A stretch of DNA of 64,000 nt from an uncultured Rivularia sp. (GCA_963665115.1 OY762007.1:2560001-2624000), one strand, 5' to 3'; shown: positions 19,117-30,165, numbered from the stretch's first letter. Program-made: numbers and translations. Notes: generated by a model from the sequence alone, not told the origin.

Positions 19117-20106
19117 TCATACATAAGCGATTATATCTTTTAACTTCGCTAAATAAGACGGTATATATTCTAGTGCTGTTTGCATAAAAGCAGATTCTTG
19201 CTCAGATTTACCCGCAAGAAAAAGCGCAATACAAATATATCTGGCTGCCATAAATAATGAAATTTGATTTTCTATTTCAACTGAAAATTTTCTAATAGTT
19301 CTATATCCTTGGAATAAATTTTGTTTAATTTGAGAATATTCCGTTATTCCCCAATAATTCGCTAAAATTACCGCCAAATCGTAAATATAATATCCATAAC
19401 TAGAATCATCGAAATCAATGGGAACTAAAGTATTTTTATGACAAATAACATTCTTTAAATGCAAATCACCGTGAATGATGCCGAAAACATTGGTTTCTTT
19501 TCCAGCTACAGCTTCAAAATCACTTAAGCGTTGATAAACTAATTCAAATAAATTAACTGTTTCTCGATCAAAATATCTGTAACCCAAAGTCGCATATCCA
19601 AAAGCTCCATTTTTCCCAATCAAACCATCAGCATCAAACATTGGACGATGAAAATCAATAGGCTTTTGCCAATCCGCTAATTTATTATGGATATGAGCAA
19701 GTAATTTACCAAGTTTCTCAAATAAGCTTAAATCCTTGACTTGATGTCCGATAACTGGCGAATCAATCCATGAAAGTATTGAAACAGCTTTAGAAATTCC
19801 TGAAGCTTTACCGATAGAAACAAAATTATTGAAATTATTGTAAATCGGTTTTTGATATCGATAATTATTACAACTACTTAGATATTCGATAATTTTCGCT
19901 TCCGATTCTATATCTTGAACCGTATTCTGCAATCCACAATATACCCGGAGTAAAAAGTTACCTTGCTCGCTGGATAATTTAAAAGTTGTATTTTCTAAGT
20001 GTTTGATAAATTCCAGTTTTACTGAATTGAAACTATATTGTTCGATGGCATTCCGTGCGATTTCGGTATTGATAATAATTTGTTCTGTTGATGAATCTTT
20101 TTTCAT
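19117..20106 (-). CDS. APH/type II homoserine kinase-like phosphotransferase
   Basis: EN.TF, LG.LLA.IH, IHGDLHLKNV, IDFDD, YDLA. Confidence 0.88.
   Translation of the reverse strand: MKKDSSTEQIIINTEIARNAIEQYSFNSVKLEFIKHLENTTFKLSSEQGNFLLRVYCGLQNTVQDIESEAKIIEYLSSCNNYRYQKPIYNNFNNFVSIGKASGISKAVSILSWIDSPVIGHQVKDLSLFEKLGKLLAHIHNKLADWQKPIDFHRPMFDADGLIGKNGAFGYATLGYRYFDRETVNLFELVYQRLSDFEAVAGKETNVFGIIHGDLHLKNVICHKNTLVPIDFDDSSYGYYIYDLAVILANYWGITEYSQIKQNLFQGYRTIRKFSVEIENQISLFMAARYICIALFLAGKSEQESAFMQTALEYIPSYLAKLKDIIAYV
20017..20106. repeat. 90-bp direct repeat, copy 1 (first 30 codons of the phosphotransferase)
   Basis: 89/90 identical to 22356-22445 by direct comparison. Confidence 0.95.
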
Positions 20107-20979
20107 TGTAGCTTTATTAAAAAATCTGCCAGAAAAGTTTTATTTTGGAATGTTGCACGAACAGTATCACCATTATTGTAGTCAATAATAATTTCAAATC
20201 TTTTAAATTCACCAACCGGATTGTCGATATCAACTGATTTTAATCCTGCAAGCGCATCATTAATATTATTAAACTCATAGTTTTGGGCAAATAATGGTGC
20301 TATAATAACTTTTACTATAAATCGTTCAAGGACTGCTTGAAGTTTTTCCATAAAGTTATCTATTTCCTTTTGAGCAATTAACATTATTGCTTGTCGAAGT
20401 ATTTCTTTATCATTACTAGTTAGATTTGTCAGCTTTTGCGAAGCTTTAGAATAGTTTTCGTCAGCAGTATCTTCGTCAAATGCAATATCAAAATCAATAC
20501 TACTAAACGCCTCTACTACATCTTGATATGGTATATAGATAAGCGTAAATCCATTATTTCTTAATTGCTCTAAAGCTGGTTTAGTAAAATCTCCAGCTAA
20601 AACCGCACCGTAGAATGGTGCTGACAAATGGTGAAGTTCAATAATAGGTAAAATAGCACCTTGAATTTCCTGTACTTTATTCTTTGAATGCTTAGTATAT
20701 CTACGCCATGCAGACTCTATAAATGCAATTGGTGTACCAAGTTTGCTATCTGTACCATTCACTTCAATTACAAAATCTAGATCGTGTTTATTTCCGTACT
20801 TATCTATCCAAGTTACTTTTTTGCCACTTCTTGCTGCACGAAAACGTTGCGAATCAAGATAATAGTTTTGAGCTTGAGTAAATTCTAGTAGTCGAGGCTT
20901 AAGAATATCATCAAGGGACAATCTCTTCTGAAAGTTTACCTAAATCTTGCCCAAATTTATGGGATGGTGAACGCGCCAT
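20103..20979 (-). CDS. Putative type II restriction endonuclease (PD-(D/E)xK-like); +1 frameshift near 20918
   Basis: HDLDFVIE...AFIESAWRRYTKHSKNK; upstream frame starts MARSPSHKFGQ at 20979; directly downstream of the MTase. Confidence 0.75.
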
Positions 20980-20995
20980 AGTTTTATGATTATTT

Positions 20996-22285
20996 TTATC
21001 TTATCCAAAGTCTTCCTTCCTGTAATGGAATATTATGCTTTCTATTTTTCCATTTGATATTGCGTTTCCTAATCTGCTCGAAACTCCAGGAATTAAAACC
21101 TGCTGATAATGCTAATTCACCAAGCCATTTTTGAACGGGAACATATATTCCGTAAGGTGCTGAATCTCCTACTACAAAACATATATTACAGTTATTTGTT
21201 GTTACTCTACGTAATGCATGAAAAACCTTAGCCATATCAATAAAGTAAGCAGCTATCATTGTATGATAAGCTTTATTTCCTCCTTTAGTCTTTCTAATTT
21301 CTTTTAATTGTCTACAGACAGGAGTTAATTCATCGATAATGACTTTAATTATAGGTTCTTCTATCAAAATATCTAAGTCAAACTTTTCTTTAGAAGCGTG
21401 TTGAGAATTTGAACAAATCAGATATTTTCGTACAGCTTCATGTAAATCTCCCCAAGAATTTACTTCACCCCAAAAAGTCATTTCAAGTCGCGTCGCATCA
21501 GCGTAATCATAGTTATTTGCGTAAGGTGGAGAAGTAATAATTAGATCGATAGATTTATCAGGAATATTTTTTAATAATCTAGCATCATCTTGGATAAGAT
21601 TAGCTTGAGATTTTGTTAGACTTTGCATATACTGCATATCTGATTGTATTAATGCAGCTTGATTATCTAAAGCGATAAATGGCTCGCAAGTTTTAGCTTT
21701 GCGTTTATTAGGAAGAACATATTGCCATTGTGCTGTACCTACATAGCTGGATAATCTCAAAATTCCACAGATAGTTAAAAAGGTAAGAGATTGGATATCT
21801 TCTGATAAATTGGGTGCTATTTCATCATAAGCTTGTCTAATTTTAAATAAACTTTTTAACGTATCTTCTGTATAACATTTTGTTAGTAAAGTTGGAATAT
21901 TTTCTGGAAATTTCACTTTAAGATTATTTGCACGATTCTTAATATTATCGATCGCTGCTACAAATTGATCCAAATTAGCAATCCATGCCAGTTTTCCTTT
22001 TGCAATTCTATACACAAACGGATGTGCTTCAATTCCATATGAATTTATAGCTAATTTATCGGCAACAATACAAACAGTACCAGAGCCAAGAAATGGATCG
22101 AGAATGTTTTTAGGCTGTAACTCTTTGATAACTTCTTCCGTCCAATTTGCTGAAAATCCCGCAGAATAACGAAACCAGCGATGGACAGGTAGCTTCATAT
22201 TATCACTAAAAGTTCCAGTTTTTTCTGCAATCAAAGTAGATTGAGGTGAGTAATCAAAAAGCGAAAGTTGTAGGGGCTGAGTCAT
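20996..22285 (-). CDS. Amino-DNA methyltransferase, probably N4-cytosine
   Basis: Motif I DPFLGSGT precedes motif IV TSPPY; HRWFRY.AGFS N-terminal block. Confidence 0.9.
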   Translation of the reverse strand: MTQPLQLSLFDYSPQSTLIAEKTGTFSDNMKLPVHRWFRYSAGFSANWTEEVIKELQPKNILDPFLGSGTVCIVADKLAINSYGIEAHPFVYRIAKGKLAWIANLDQFVAAIDNIKNRANNLKVKFPENIPTLLTKCYTEDTLKSLFKIRQAYDEIAPNLSEDIQSLTFLTICGILRLSSYVGTAQWQYVLPNKRKAKTCEPFIALDNQAALIQSDMQYMQSLTKSQANLIQDDARLLKNIPDKSIDLIITSPPYANNYDYADATRLEMTFWGEVNSWGDLHEAVRKYLICSNSQHASKEKFDLDILIEEPIIKVIIDELTPVCRQLKEIRKTKGGNKAYHTMIAAYFIDMAKVFHALRRVTTNNCNICFVVGDSAPYGIYVPVQKWLGELALSAGFNSWSFEQIRKRNIKWKNRKHNIPLQEGRLWIR

Positions 22286-22355
22286 TTTAGTATTTTACTT
22301 ATATATTGCATAATTTTTCTTTCACTCTATTTCTGTTGCTAAAAACTTTGTACTA

Positions 22356-22445
22356 TTTTACTGAATTGAAACTATATTGTTCGATGGCATTCCGTGCGAT
22401 TTCGGTATTGATAATAATTTGTTCTGTTGATAAATCTTTTTTCAT
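22356..22445. repeat. 90-bp direct repeat, copy 2 (truncated 5' end of the phosphotransferase)
   Basis: Minus strand reads MKKDLSTEQIIINTEIARNAIEQYSFNSVK, then diverges and stops. Confidence 0.95.
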
Positions 22446-22686
22446 ATGCTGTGAAAAATTAATTTTAATACCATAAATGGTCAATATTTTGCTCTAACTA
22501 TAGTCTTGTATTCATATTTTTGCTGGTTTGATTTATCTATATTAATCTAAACTTATTCGTAGAGTATTTAAATATAAGATTTGCTAATATTTAGCTTTAC
22601 AAATTGACATTTTACGAATTGAACATTTCAGGTCATGATAATAGGTAATAACACCACCGCACATAATATATTTTTGGATTAAACTA

Positions 22687-24420
22687 ATGGTTCAACTCAC
22701 ACAGTCAACTCAAGCTACAACTAACCCCGGACGTTTAACAGTTGAAACTGTAGAAATTGCTCCTGAAACTACTGCTATTCGCTGTCTTGATTGGGACAGA
22801 GACCGTTTTGATATCGAGTTTGGTTTGCAGAATGGAACAACTTATAATTCTTTCTTAATTCAAGGAGAAAAAATTGCTTTAGTTGATACTTCTCACCGCA
22901 AGTTTGAGGAGTTATATATGGACATAATTACAGGTTTAATTGACGTAAGTAAGATAGACTATTTGATTATTAGCCACACCGAACCAGACCATAGTGGCTT
23001 GGTTAAAAATATTTTAGAATTAGCTCCTGGTATTACAGTTGTTGGTGCTAAAGTAGCGATTCAATTCTTAGAAAATATGGTTCACCAGCCTTTTGAATCA
23101 ATGGTGGTGAAAAGCGGACAGAAGCTAGATTTGGGCAACGGACACGAGTTAGAATTTGTTTCTGCTCCGAACTTACATTGGCCCGATACAATCTTCACTT
23201 ACGACCATAAAACAAATACTCTTTATACCTGTGATGTATTTGGAATGCATTACTGCGATGACCGCACTTACGATGAAAATTTCACCTCAATAGAAGATGA
23301 TTTCAAATATTACTATGACTGTCTGATGGGGCCAAATGCCCGTTCTGTATTATCAGCTTTAAAGCGGATTAATAAATTAGAAATTGGAAAGGTTGCAACG
23401 GGACACGGACCTTTATTACAGCACCATATTTCGGAATGGATTGGACGCTATCAAGATTGGAGTTCGGAACAAGCTAAAAAAGAAAAATTAGTAGCTTTAT
23501 TTTACGTTGAAGATTACGGCTATAGCGAAGAATTAGTTAGAGCCGTAGCATATGGAAGCAATAGAACAGATGTAGCGGTAGAATTAGTAGATCTCAACGA
23601 TACCGAGCTAACTGAAGTCCGAGAAATAGTTTCCCAAGCTGCTGGTTTAGTAATTGGAATGCCTCCACAATCTAATAATGTTGCTCAAGCTGCTTTAAAT
23701 ACTATCTTGGCAGCCGTTCACAATAAGCAAGCAATTGGCTTATTAGAGTCGGGAGGAGGAGAAGACGAACCGATTTATCCCTTACGCAATAAGTTTCAAG
23801 ATTTGGGATTAACCGAAGCCTTTTCTCCAATATTAGTTAAGGAAACTCCCAGCAAAGCTATAGAACAACTTTGCGATGAAGCAGGAACCGATTTAGGACA
23901 ATGGTTGAATCGCGATCGCACCATAAAACAAATCAAAGCCATTGATAACGAGTTAGAAAAATCTTTGGGAAGGATTAGCACCGGGCTTTATATTATCACC
24001 GCCAAAAAAGGAGAAGTTGAAAGCGCAATGCTGGCTTCCTGGGTGACACAAGCAAGCGTTAATCCATTAGGAGTTGCGATCGCAGTTGCCAAAGACAGAG
24101 CAATCGAATCCTTAATGCACGTCGGCGATCGCTTTGTTTTAAACGTTTTAGAGGAAGGCAAATATCAAGGATTAATGAAACATTTCCTCAAGCGTTTTGC
24201 TCCCGGTGCAGATAGATTTGCAGGAGTTAAAACATATCCTGCTGCCACCAACGAATCTCCGATTTTAGCCGAAGCTCTCGCTTACATGGAATGTGAAATT
24301 ACAACCCGTATGGATTGCGGAGATCACTGGGTAATTTACAGCACAGTCCACACCGGAAGAGTTGCCCAAGTAAACGCCTTAACCGCCGTGCATCACCGCA
24401 AAATGGGCAATCATTATTAA
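22687..24420 (+). CDS. flv4: Class C flavodiiron protein, Flv4-like
   Basis: Metallo-beta-lactamase (HTEPDH, LHWPD), flavodoxin and flavin reductase domains; first gene of a flv-small membrane protein-flv arrangement. Confidence 0.85.
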   Translation: MVQLTQSTQATTNPGRLTVETVEIAPETTAIRCLDWDRDRFDIEFGLQNGTTYNSFLIQGEKIALVDTSHRKFEELYMDIITGLIDVSKIDYLIISHTEPDHSGLVKNILELAPGITVVGAKVAIQFLENMVHQPFESMVVKSGQKLDLGNGHELEFVSAPNLHWPDTIFTYDHKTNTLYTCDVFGMHYCDDRTYDENFTSIEDDFKYYYDCLMGPNARSVLSALKRINKLEIGKVATGHGPLLQHHISEWIGRYQDWSSEQAKKEKLVALFYVEDYGYSEELVRAVAYGSNRTDVAVELVDLNDTELTEVREIVSQAAGLVIGMPPQSNNVAQAALNTILAAVHNKQAIGLLESGGGEDEPIYPLRNKFQDLGLTEAFSPILVKETPSKAIEQLCDEAGTDLGQWLNRDRTIKQIKAIDNELEKSLGRISTGLYIITAKKGEVESAMLASWVTQASVNPLGVAIAVAKDRAIESLMHVGDRFVLNVLEEGKYQGLMKHFLKRFAPGADRFAGVKTYPAATNESPILAEALAYMECEITTRMDCGDHWVIYSTVHTGRVAQVNALTAVHHRKMGNHY

Positions 24421-24580
24421 ACAGTGAACAGTTAACAGTTAACAGTGAACAGTGAACAGTTAACAGTGAACAGTTAGGAGTTAGGAGTTAGGAGTAGTTA
24501 TTTCTCCTTGTCTCCCCCTCTCCCCCTCTACCCCCTCTACCCCCTCTTCCCCCTCTTCCCAATCTCCCCATCTTCCCCCT
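24421..24580. repeat. STRR-type short tandem repeats (AACAGTG/AACAGTT, TTAGGAG, CCCCTCT variants)
   Basis: Visible 7- and 9-nt tandem units. Confidence 0.85.
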
Positions 24581-24609
24581 ATGCATAAATCTGCGAAACT
24601 ATACCAACC

Positions 24610-25092
24610 ATGTATATGATCAATCGAGAGCGCGTTGTCAAAAGTTTAGAATTTATCCAAGACGCAATTGTAATTTGCCTGTGTATAGGTTTATTTAGCT
24701 TCATGGTGCTTGAAGTGAGAGATATGTTTCTCTCTTTGCTTCCACCTTTAGAGTCTCAAGCTGTTACTGCCGATATTCTGTTTTTGCTGATTTTAGTTGA
24801 GTTATTTAGGCTACTGATAATTTATTTGCAGGAACATCGAGTATCAATTGGGGTAGCTGTTGAAGTTTCTATAGTTTCCGCATTGCGAGAAATTATCGTT
24901 CAGGGTGTACTAGAACTAAGTTGGACTCAAGTTTTAGCAACTTGTGGCTTTTTATTAGTTCTAGGAATACTATTAGTTCTCCGAGTTTGGCTACCCCCTA
25001 CCTTTGATGGTATCGATCCCGAACAAGCAATAACTGAACGCTATAAGAATCGACAAGTTAAATCGGAATTAGTAGAAACTAATGGGCGGTAG
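24610..25092 (+). CDS. PsiE-family membrane protein (Sll0218-like)
   Basis: ILFLLILVELFRLL..Y, VEV.IVS.LREII; lies between two flv genes. Confidence 0.82.
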   Translation: MYMINRERVVKSLEFIQDAIVICLCIGLFSFMVLEVRDMFLSLLPPLESQAVTADILFLLILVELFRLLIIYLQEHRVSIGVAVEVSIVSALREIIVQGVLELSWTQVLATCGFLLVLGILLVLRVWLPPTFDGIDPEQAITERYKNRQVKSELVETNGR

Positions 25093-25256
25093 GAGTGAGG
25101 AATTAGGGGTAACTAAGGTTAAAGGTTAGGAGTTAGGAGTTAGGAGTTAGGAGTAGTAAGTAGCAAGTAGTAAGTAGTGAGTTAAGAATATATTTCTCCT
25201 TGTCTCCTTGTCTCCCCATCCCCTCTTCCCCCTCTTCCCCCTCTCCCCCCTCTCCA
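25091..25256. repeat. STRR-type short tandem repeats
   Basis: TTAGGAG, AAGTAGT and CCCCTCTTC units. Confidence 0.8.
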
Positions 25257-25290
25257 ATTACTAAATACCAAATTTAATCCAAAATTGATT

Positions 25291-27025
25291 ATGTCAACTA
25301 CCACAACCACAAACCGTAAAAGAGATGTCCAAGTTGCTGAAATTGGACAAAATACGATGATTTTGCGATCGCGAACTTGGGATCGATTGAAGTTTGAGGT
25401 TGAATATTCCCGTCAAAAGGGAACTACAGCCAATTCTTATCTGATCCAAGCTGATAAAAAAGCTTTAATCGATCCTCCTGGTGAATCTTTTACGGAAATT
25501 TATCTCCAGCAATTAAAGCAGCATCTAGATTTAACTACTTTAGATTACATTATTCTCGGTCATGTTAATCCTAACCGTAGAGCGACTTTGGAAGCATTGC
25601 TACCTCAAGCACCGAACGCTACTTTAATTTGTTCTCGCCCTGCTGCCAATGCCCTCAAAGCGGCTTTTCCTGAGTGGGAATCGCGGATTCAAACCGTGCG
25701 CTCGGAGGATACTTTAGATTTAGGAGGAGGACACAATTTAACATTTGTTACCATACCTACTCCCCGTTGGGCTGATGGGCTTTGTACTTATGACTCTGCG
25801 ACAAATATTCTTTATACAGATAAATTATTTGGCGCTCATATCTGCGAAGATACTTTATCTGATAAAAACTGGAAAAGTTTAGATGCGGAACGTCGTTACT
25901 ATTTTGAATGTCTCCACGCACCCCAAGCCAAACAAGTTGAAGCTATTTTAGAAAAGATTGCGGTTTTCCCTGCAAAAACCTACGCTCCCGGTCATGGTCC
26001 AATTGTTAGTCATAGCCTCAGTAGATTTACTTACGATTACCAGCAATGGTGCCAGAATCAAAAATCTCAAGAATTGAGTGTTGCTTTACTTTATGCTTCC
26101 GCTTACGGAAATACAGCGATTTTAGCCGGGGCGATCGCCAATGGTTTAATAGAGAATGGAGTTAATGTAGAATCGATCAACTGTGAATCGGCAGATACTG
26201 AGGAGATTACCCGGATTGTAGAAGCTTGCGATGGCTTGATTATTGGTTTCACCTACATTAGGTGGGCATGCACCGACTCAAATTCAAACCGCTTTAGGAA
26301 TAATTCTGTCAAAAGCTGCGAAAACTAAATTAGCGGGAGTATTTGGTTCCTATGGTTGGAGTGGGGAAGCAGTTGATTTAATAGAAAACAAATTTAAAGA
26401 TGCCAATTATCGTTTAGGATTTGAATCAATTCGAGTTCGTTTCACTCCTACAGATGAAATTCTGCAACAATGTCAAGAAGCTGGCGCATTATTTGCCGAA
26501 AACTTGAAAAAAGACAAGAAACTGCGTAGCTCCCGTCAAGTTGTCACAGAAACCCATATAGATCGTACCGAGCAAGCAGTAGGGCGGATTATAGGTTCGT
26601 TATCTGTAGTAACGAGTCGCGACGGAGACACTCACAAAGGTGTTTTAACTTCTTGGGTATCTCAAGCCAGCTTTAATCCACCGGGAATAATGATTGCCAT
26701 TGCTGACGAACAAAATGCAGATTTGATATCTAATCTTGACGATAAATTTGTACTAAATATCCTTAAAGAAGGTAGAAATGTCCGCCGATATTTTTCTCGT
26801 CAAAGTACGTTAGGGGATAATCCATTCGTCAATCTTTCCACCAAAACCGCTGACAATGGTTGTCTTGTTCTCACCGAAGCATTATCTTACTTAGAATGCA
26901 CCGTACAAAATAGAATTAAATCTGGTGAAAGATGGTTAATTTATGCCGTAATAGATAACGGTGAAGTCTTAGAAGATGAAGGTTTAACTGCCGTCGAGCA
27001 TCGGAAATCGGGGAGTTATTATTAA
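25291..27025 (+). CDS. flv2: Flavodiiron protein, Flv2-like (+1 frameshift near 26248)
   Basis: Non-canonical HVNPNR/PRWAD site, YASAYGNT, G/SPTLGGH split across frames, flavin reductase C-domain. Confidence 0.82.
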
Positions 27026-27074
27026 TTATGTAGAGACGTAGCACTGCTACGTCTTCCGACGTTTGAATTGCTTT

Positions 27075-27335
27075 TCACTTGATAATCCATTTTCGCCAAT
27101 CAACATTACTATCTTCACATGGTTGATATAATTCCGGCTTCCCAGATGCAAGCACTTCGGCGATCGTTTGCATCGATTTAGCTTTACTTGGTATAGAAAA
27201 TTCAGAATTTGGGTTATAGACATCGGGATGATGCCAATTATTTAGTTGAATAATTTGAGCTAATTCAGCCGCATTTAAGCTATACCAACCAACCACTTGT
27301 TCTGTCGTCAAAGCCCAATCTTGATCGTTTTACTG
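27075..27335 (-). pseudogene. Internally deleted, 5'-truncated copy of the gene at 30350-31015
   Basis: 3' ~60 nt identical to the start of 30350-31015; joins a DWALT.EQVV.WYSLN segment directly to QIIQL.NWHHPD. Confidence 0.85.
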
Positions 27336-27341
27336 AGGAAA

Positions 27342-27416
27342 GTAGTTGATAACGGTAAACTTTTTGAAAACGAAGGTTCAACTGCTGTAGAACATCGTAA
27401 ATCTGGCAGCGATTAA
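27342..27416 (+). pseudogene. Diverged orphan 3' end of a flv2-like gene
   Basis: Encodes VVDNGKLFENEGSTAVEHRKSGSD*, versus flv2 VIDNGEVLEDEGLTAVEHRKSGSYY*. Confidence 0.8.
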
Positions 27417-27476
27417 GCTGTTGCGTATTCAATTTGTATATGAGAAGCGGGCAAGATGCCCGCACTACAAAAGATG

Positions 27477-27553
27477 GAAAAATTGAACTTGTTGCTCTTG
27501 AAAATAAGCCTTTGAGAAATAAACAAGTTGCTGATTGTAGTGGCTGATATACG
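27477..27553 (+). pseudogene. Orphan 3' end of a filamentous-haemagglutinin-family gene
   Basis: Encodes GKIELVALENKPLRNKQVADCSG* then TATACGT, matching 30063-30141. Confidence 0.8.
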
Positions 27554-27638
27554 TAAAAATACTGTTTTTTTATGTAATATAAATCTTTGACAAAAATTTG
27601 GGAATTATAGATCCAGGTAGAATGAAATATTGTAAATC

Positions 27639-30134
27639 ATGGCAAAAATTGATTTAGTCTCTGGATTGCTCGGTTTTTTAATCACCTTTGCAGCTTTACC
27701 TGCGACTGCTCAGGTAACATCTGATGGAACGACCAATACAAATATCAACAATAGCAATAGTAACTTTACGATTCTCAACGGCATTCAAAAAGGGAATAAT
27801 TTATTTCATAGCTTCAAAGAATTTTCTATTCCAACAGGTGGTTCGGCAACTTTTAATAATTCTACCGACGTAGTAAATATTATTAACCGAGTCACGGGTG
27901 GAAATATTTCTAATATTGATGGACTAATTAAAGCTAACGGTAGTGCAAATTTATTTTTAATTAATCCTGCGGGAATTGTATTTGGGGAAAATGCAAGGTT
28001 GGATATTGGTGGTTCGTTTTTGGGGACAACTGCTCAGAGTATTTTATTTGAAAATGGATTTGAATTTAGTGCTGTAAATGCACAAACTGAGCCATTGTTA
28101 ACTATAACTATTCCTTTAGGACTACAAATAGGTAGCAATCCAGGAGACATTACTGTTCAAGGAAATGGACATCAGTTAAGCACTGTAAATAGTCTTTCAG
28201 CTTTAGAAACTCGGAATACCAGTTCTGGTTTAAGAGTTAATTCCGGTAATACCCTGGCTTTAGTCGGAGGAAACTTGGTTTTGAACGGTGGTATTGTTAG
28301 CGCTGATGGTGGCAATATTGCACTAGGAGCTGTAGCAAATAGAAATGGTAATCCAGTTCAAGTTAAATTAAATAATGTGGATACATCTTGGACTCTAGAT
28401 TATTTACAAGTAGAGGAATTTAAAGATATTAACCTTACAAAACGTGCCTTAGTAGATGCAAGTGGTGTAAGTAAGGGTTCAATTCACATTCAAGGAGAAA
28501 CTGTTTCTCTCAAACAAGCTTCCCTTATTGCTTTAGAAAATAGAGGAGAGCAAACAGGGGGAGACATTCAAATACAGGCTACCAAATTACTGGAATTCGC
28601 AGATTCTCCTGTTGCAAATGCTTTAGACGGTTTGATGAACGGCGTATTTAATGATACTGCAAGCAATGCTACAGGGGGAGATATCATCATCTCGACAAGC
28701 GAAATATTAATGCAAAATGGAGGTGGTTTAATAGCCAACCGCACATTCACAGAAGGTGCTGGAGGTAGCATTAATGTAGATAGTAAAGACATCACTATAC
28801 TTGGTTCAAGTAGTATGTATGGCGGTACAATCATTACGCGAACATTAGGAGCTGGTAATTCAGGAAATGTTTCCATAAATACGGAACGATTAAAAATACT
28901 TAATCAAGGAAGTATTGCTTCTAGTTCCAGGTCTCCAGGTTCAGCAGGCAACCTTACTATTAATGCTGAAGAAAAAATAGAATTTACTGCTCCCCAATCC
29001 GCTGGTAGGAGTAGTTCAGGTATTAGCTTTTCAGCATTGAGCGAATCAGGTAATGCTGGGAATATAGTTGTTAATACAGGTAAATTAGTTCTACGCGATG
29101 GTATGTTAATTAGTTCTTCTACCTTTGGTAAGGGTAATTCAGGTTCAATTGTCATTAACGCTTCGGAATCTTTTGAAATAGGGGGAACGCGAACCATTAA
29201 TAATCGAGATGGGACTACTACTACCGAAGGTAGTATTGTTCGTTCTGCTGCTATTTTGCTCAATCCATTCGCAAGACGGTTGTATAATTTACCGGATGTA
29301 TTAGGGGGAGATGGAGGCAATATTACAATAAATACACCCCGTCTGAATTTAGAAGACTTGGGTTTAATTACGGTACGCAATGATGGTACTGGGGATGCTG
29401 GCAACATAATTATTAATGCTGAGTCGATTTTTCTCAACAAACAAGGGGAAATTACTGCAAATACATCATCAGGAGAAGGTGGAAATATTAACTTGAATTT
29501 AAAATCAGACTTGATACTGCGAAATAACAGCTTAATTAGTACGGAAGCATTAAGTACGGGTGATGGGGGTAATATCACGATTAATTCTCCTGCAATAGTC
29601 GGAGTAGAAAATAGCGATATTGTTGCCAATGCTTTTGAAGGAAATGGCGGTAAGATTGACATTACAACTCAAGGTATTTTCGGTTTAGAATTTCGCAACG
29701 AACTAACCGATGAAAGCGATATTACTGCGAGTTCTCAATTTGGTATTAACGGTACAGTAGAAATAAATAATTTGAGTATTGATCCCAGTTCTGGTTTAGT
29801 AGAATTACCCGCAAAACTAGCAGATTCATCACAAAAAATCGCTAGTGGATGTTCTAGTAATACCAATAGTACTTTTGTTGCCACCGGAAGGGGTGGAGTA
29901 CCGCAAAACCCCAAGGAACAGATTGATATAAATCCTGCTTGGTCGGATATTCGTGACTTATCAGCATATCGTCAAAAAAGAAATAATAGTAGTGTTAAAA
30001 ATACACAAATATCAAATCAACCAGCTATTGTAGAAGCTACTGGTTTTGTCCGTAATGCTTCAGGAGAAATTGAACTAGTTGCTAAGGAAAATGCACCTTT
30101 AGTAAATAAACTAGTTGCTGATTGTAGTGGCTGA
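27639..30134 (+). CDS. Filamentous haemagglutinin N-terminal (TPS) domain exoprotein
   Basis: Signal peptide, NLFHSF, NIINRVTGG, NLFLINPAGI and G.AG.I.I repeats. Confidence 0.9.
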   Translation: MAKIDLVSGLLGFLITFAALPATAQVTSDGTTNTNINNSNSNFTILNGIQKGNNLFHSFKEFSIPTGGSATFNNSTDVVNIINRVTGGNISNIDGLIKANGSANLFLINPAGIVFGENARLDIGGSFLGTTAQSILFENGFEFSAVNAQTEPLLTITIPLGLQIGSNPGDITVQGNGHQLSTVNSLSALETRNTSSGLRVNSGNTLALVGGNLVLNGGIVSADGGNIALGAVANRNGNPVQVKLNNVDTSWTLDYLQVEEFKDINLTKRALVDASGVSKGSIHIQGETVSLKQASLIALENRGEQTGGDIQIQATKLLEFADSPVANALDGLMNGVFNDTASNATGGDIIISTSEILMQNGGGLIANRTFTEGAGGSINVDSKDITILGSSSMYGGTIITRTLGAGNSGNVSINTERLKILNQGSIASSSRSPGSAGNLTINAEEKIEFTAPQSAGRSSSGISFSALSESGNAGNIVVNTGKLVLRDGMLISSSTFGKGNSGSIVINASESFEIGGTRTINNRDGTTTTEGSIVRSAAILLNPFARRLYNLPDVLGGDGGNITINTPRLNLEDLGLITVRNDGTGDAGNIIINAESIFLNKQGEITANTSSGEGGNINLNLKSDLILRNNSLISTEALSTGDGGNITINSPAIVGVENSDIVANAFEGNGGKIDITTQGIFGLEFRNELTDESDITASSQFGINGTVEINNLSIDPSSGLVELPAKLADSSQKIASGCSSNTNSTFVATGRGGVPQNPKEQIDINPAWSDIRDLSAYRQKRNNSSVKNTQISNQPAIVEATGFVRNASGEIELVAKENAPLVNKLVADCSG

Positions 30135-30165
30135 TATACGTTCAGGTAGTATTTTTAATATACAT

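Noticed and set aside
24421..25256. Tandem repeats as a possible CRISPR array
   Set aside because: Units are 7-9 nt with no unique spacers and no cas genes; these are STRR-type repeats.
28568..29662. Long antisense ORFs (102 and 252 aa)
   Set aside because: They are shadows of the Gly/Asn/Ser-rich haemagglutinin gene on the opposite strand.
27639..30134. CdiA contact-dependent toxin
   Set aside because: It is too short, has no VENN/pre-toxin motif or toxin tip, and has no adjacent TpsB.
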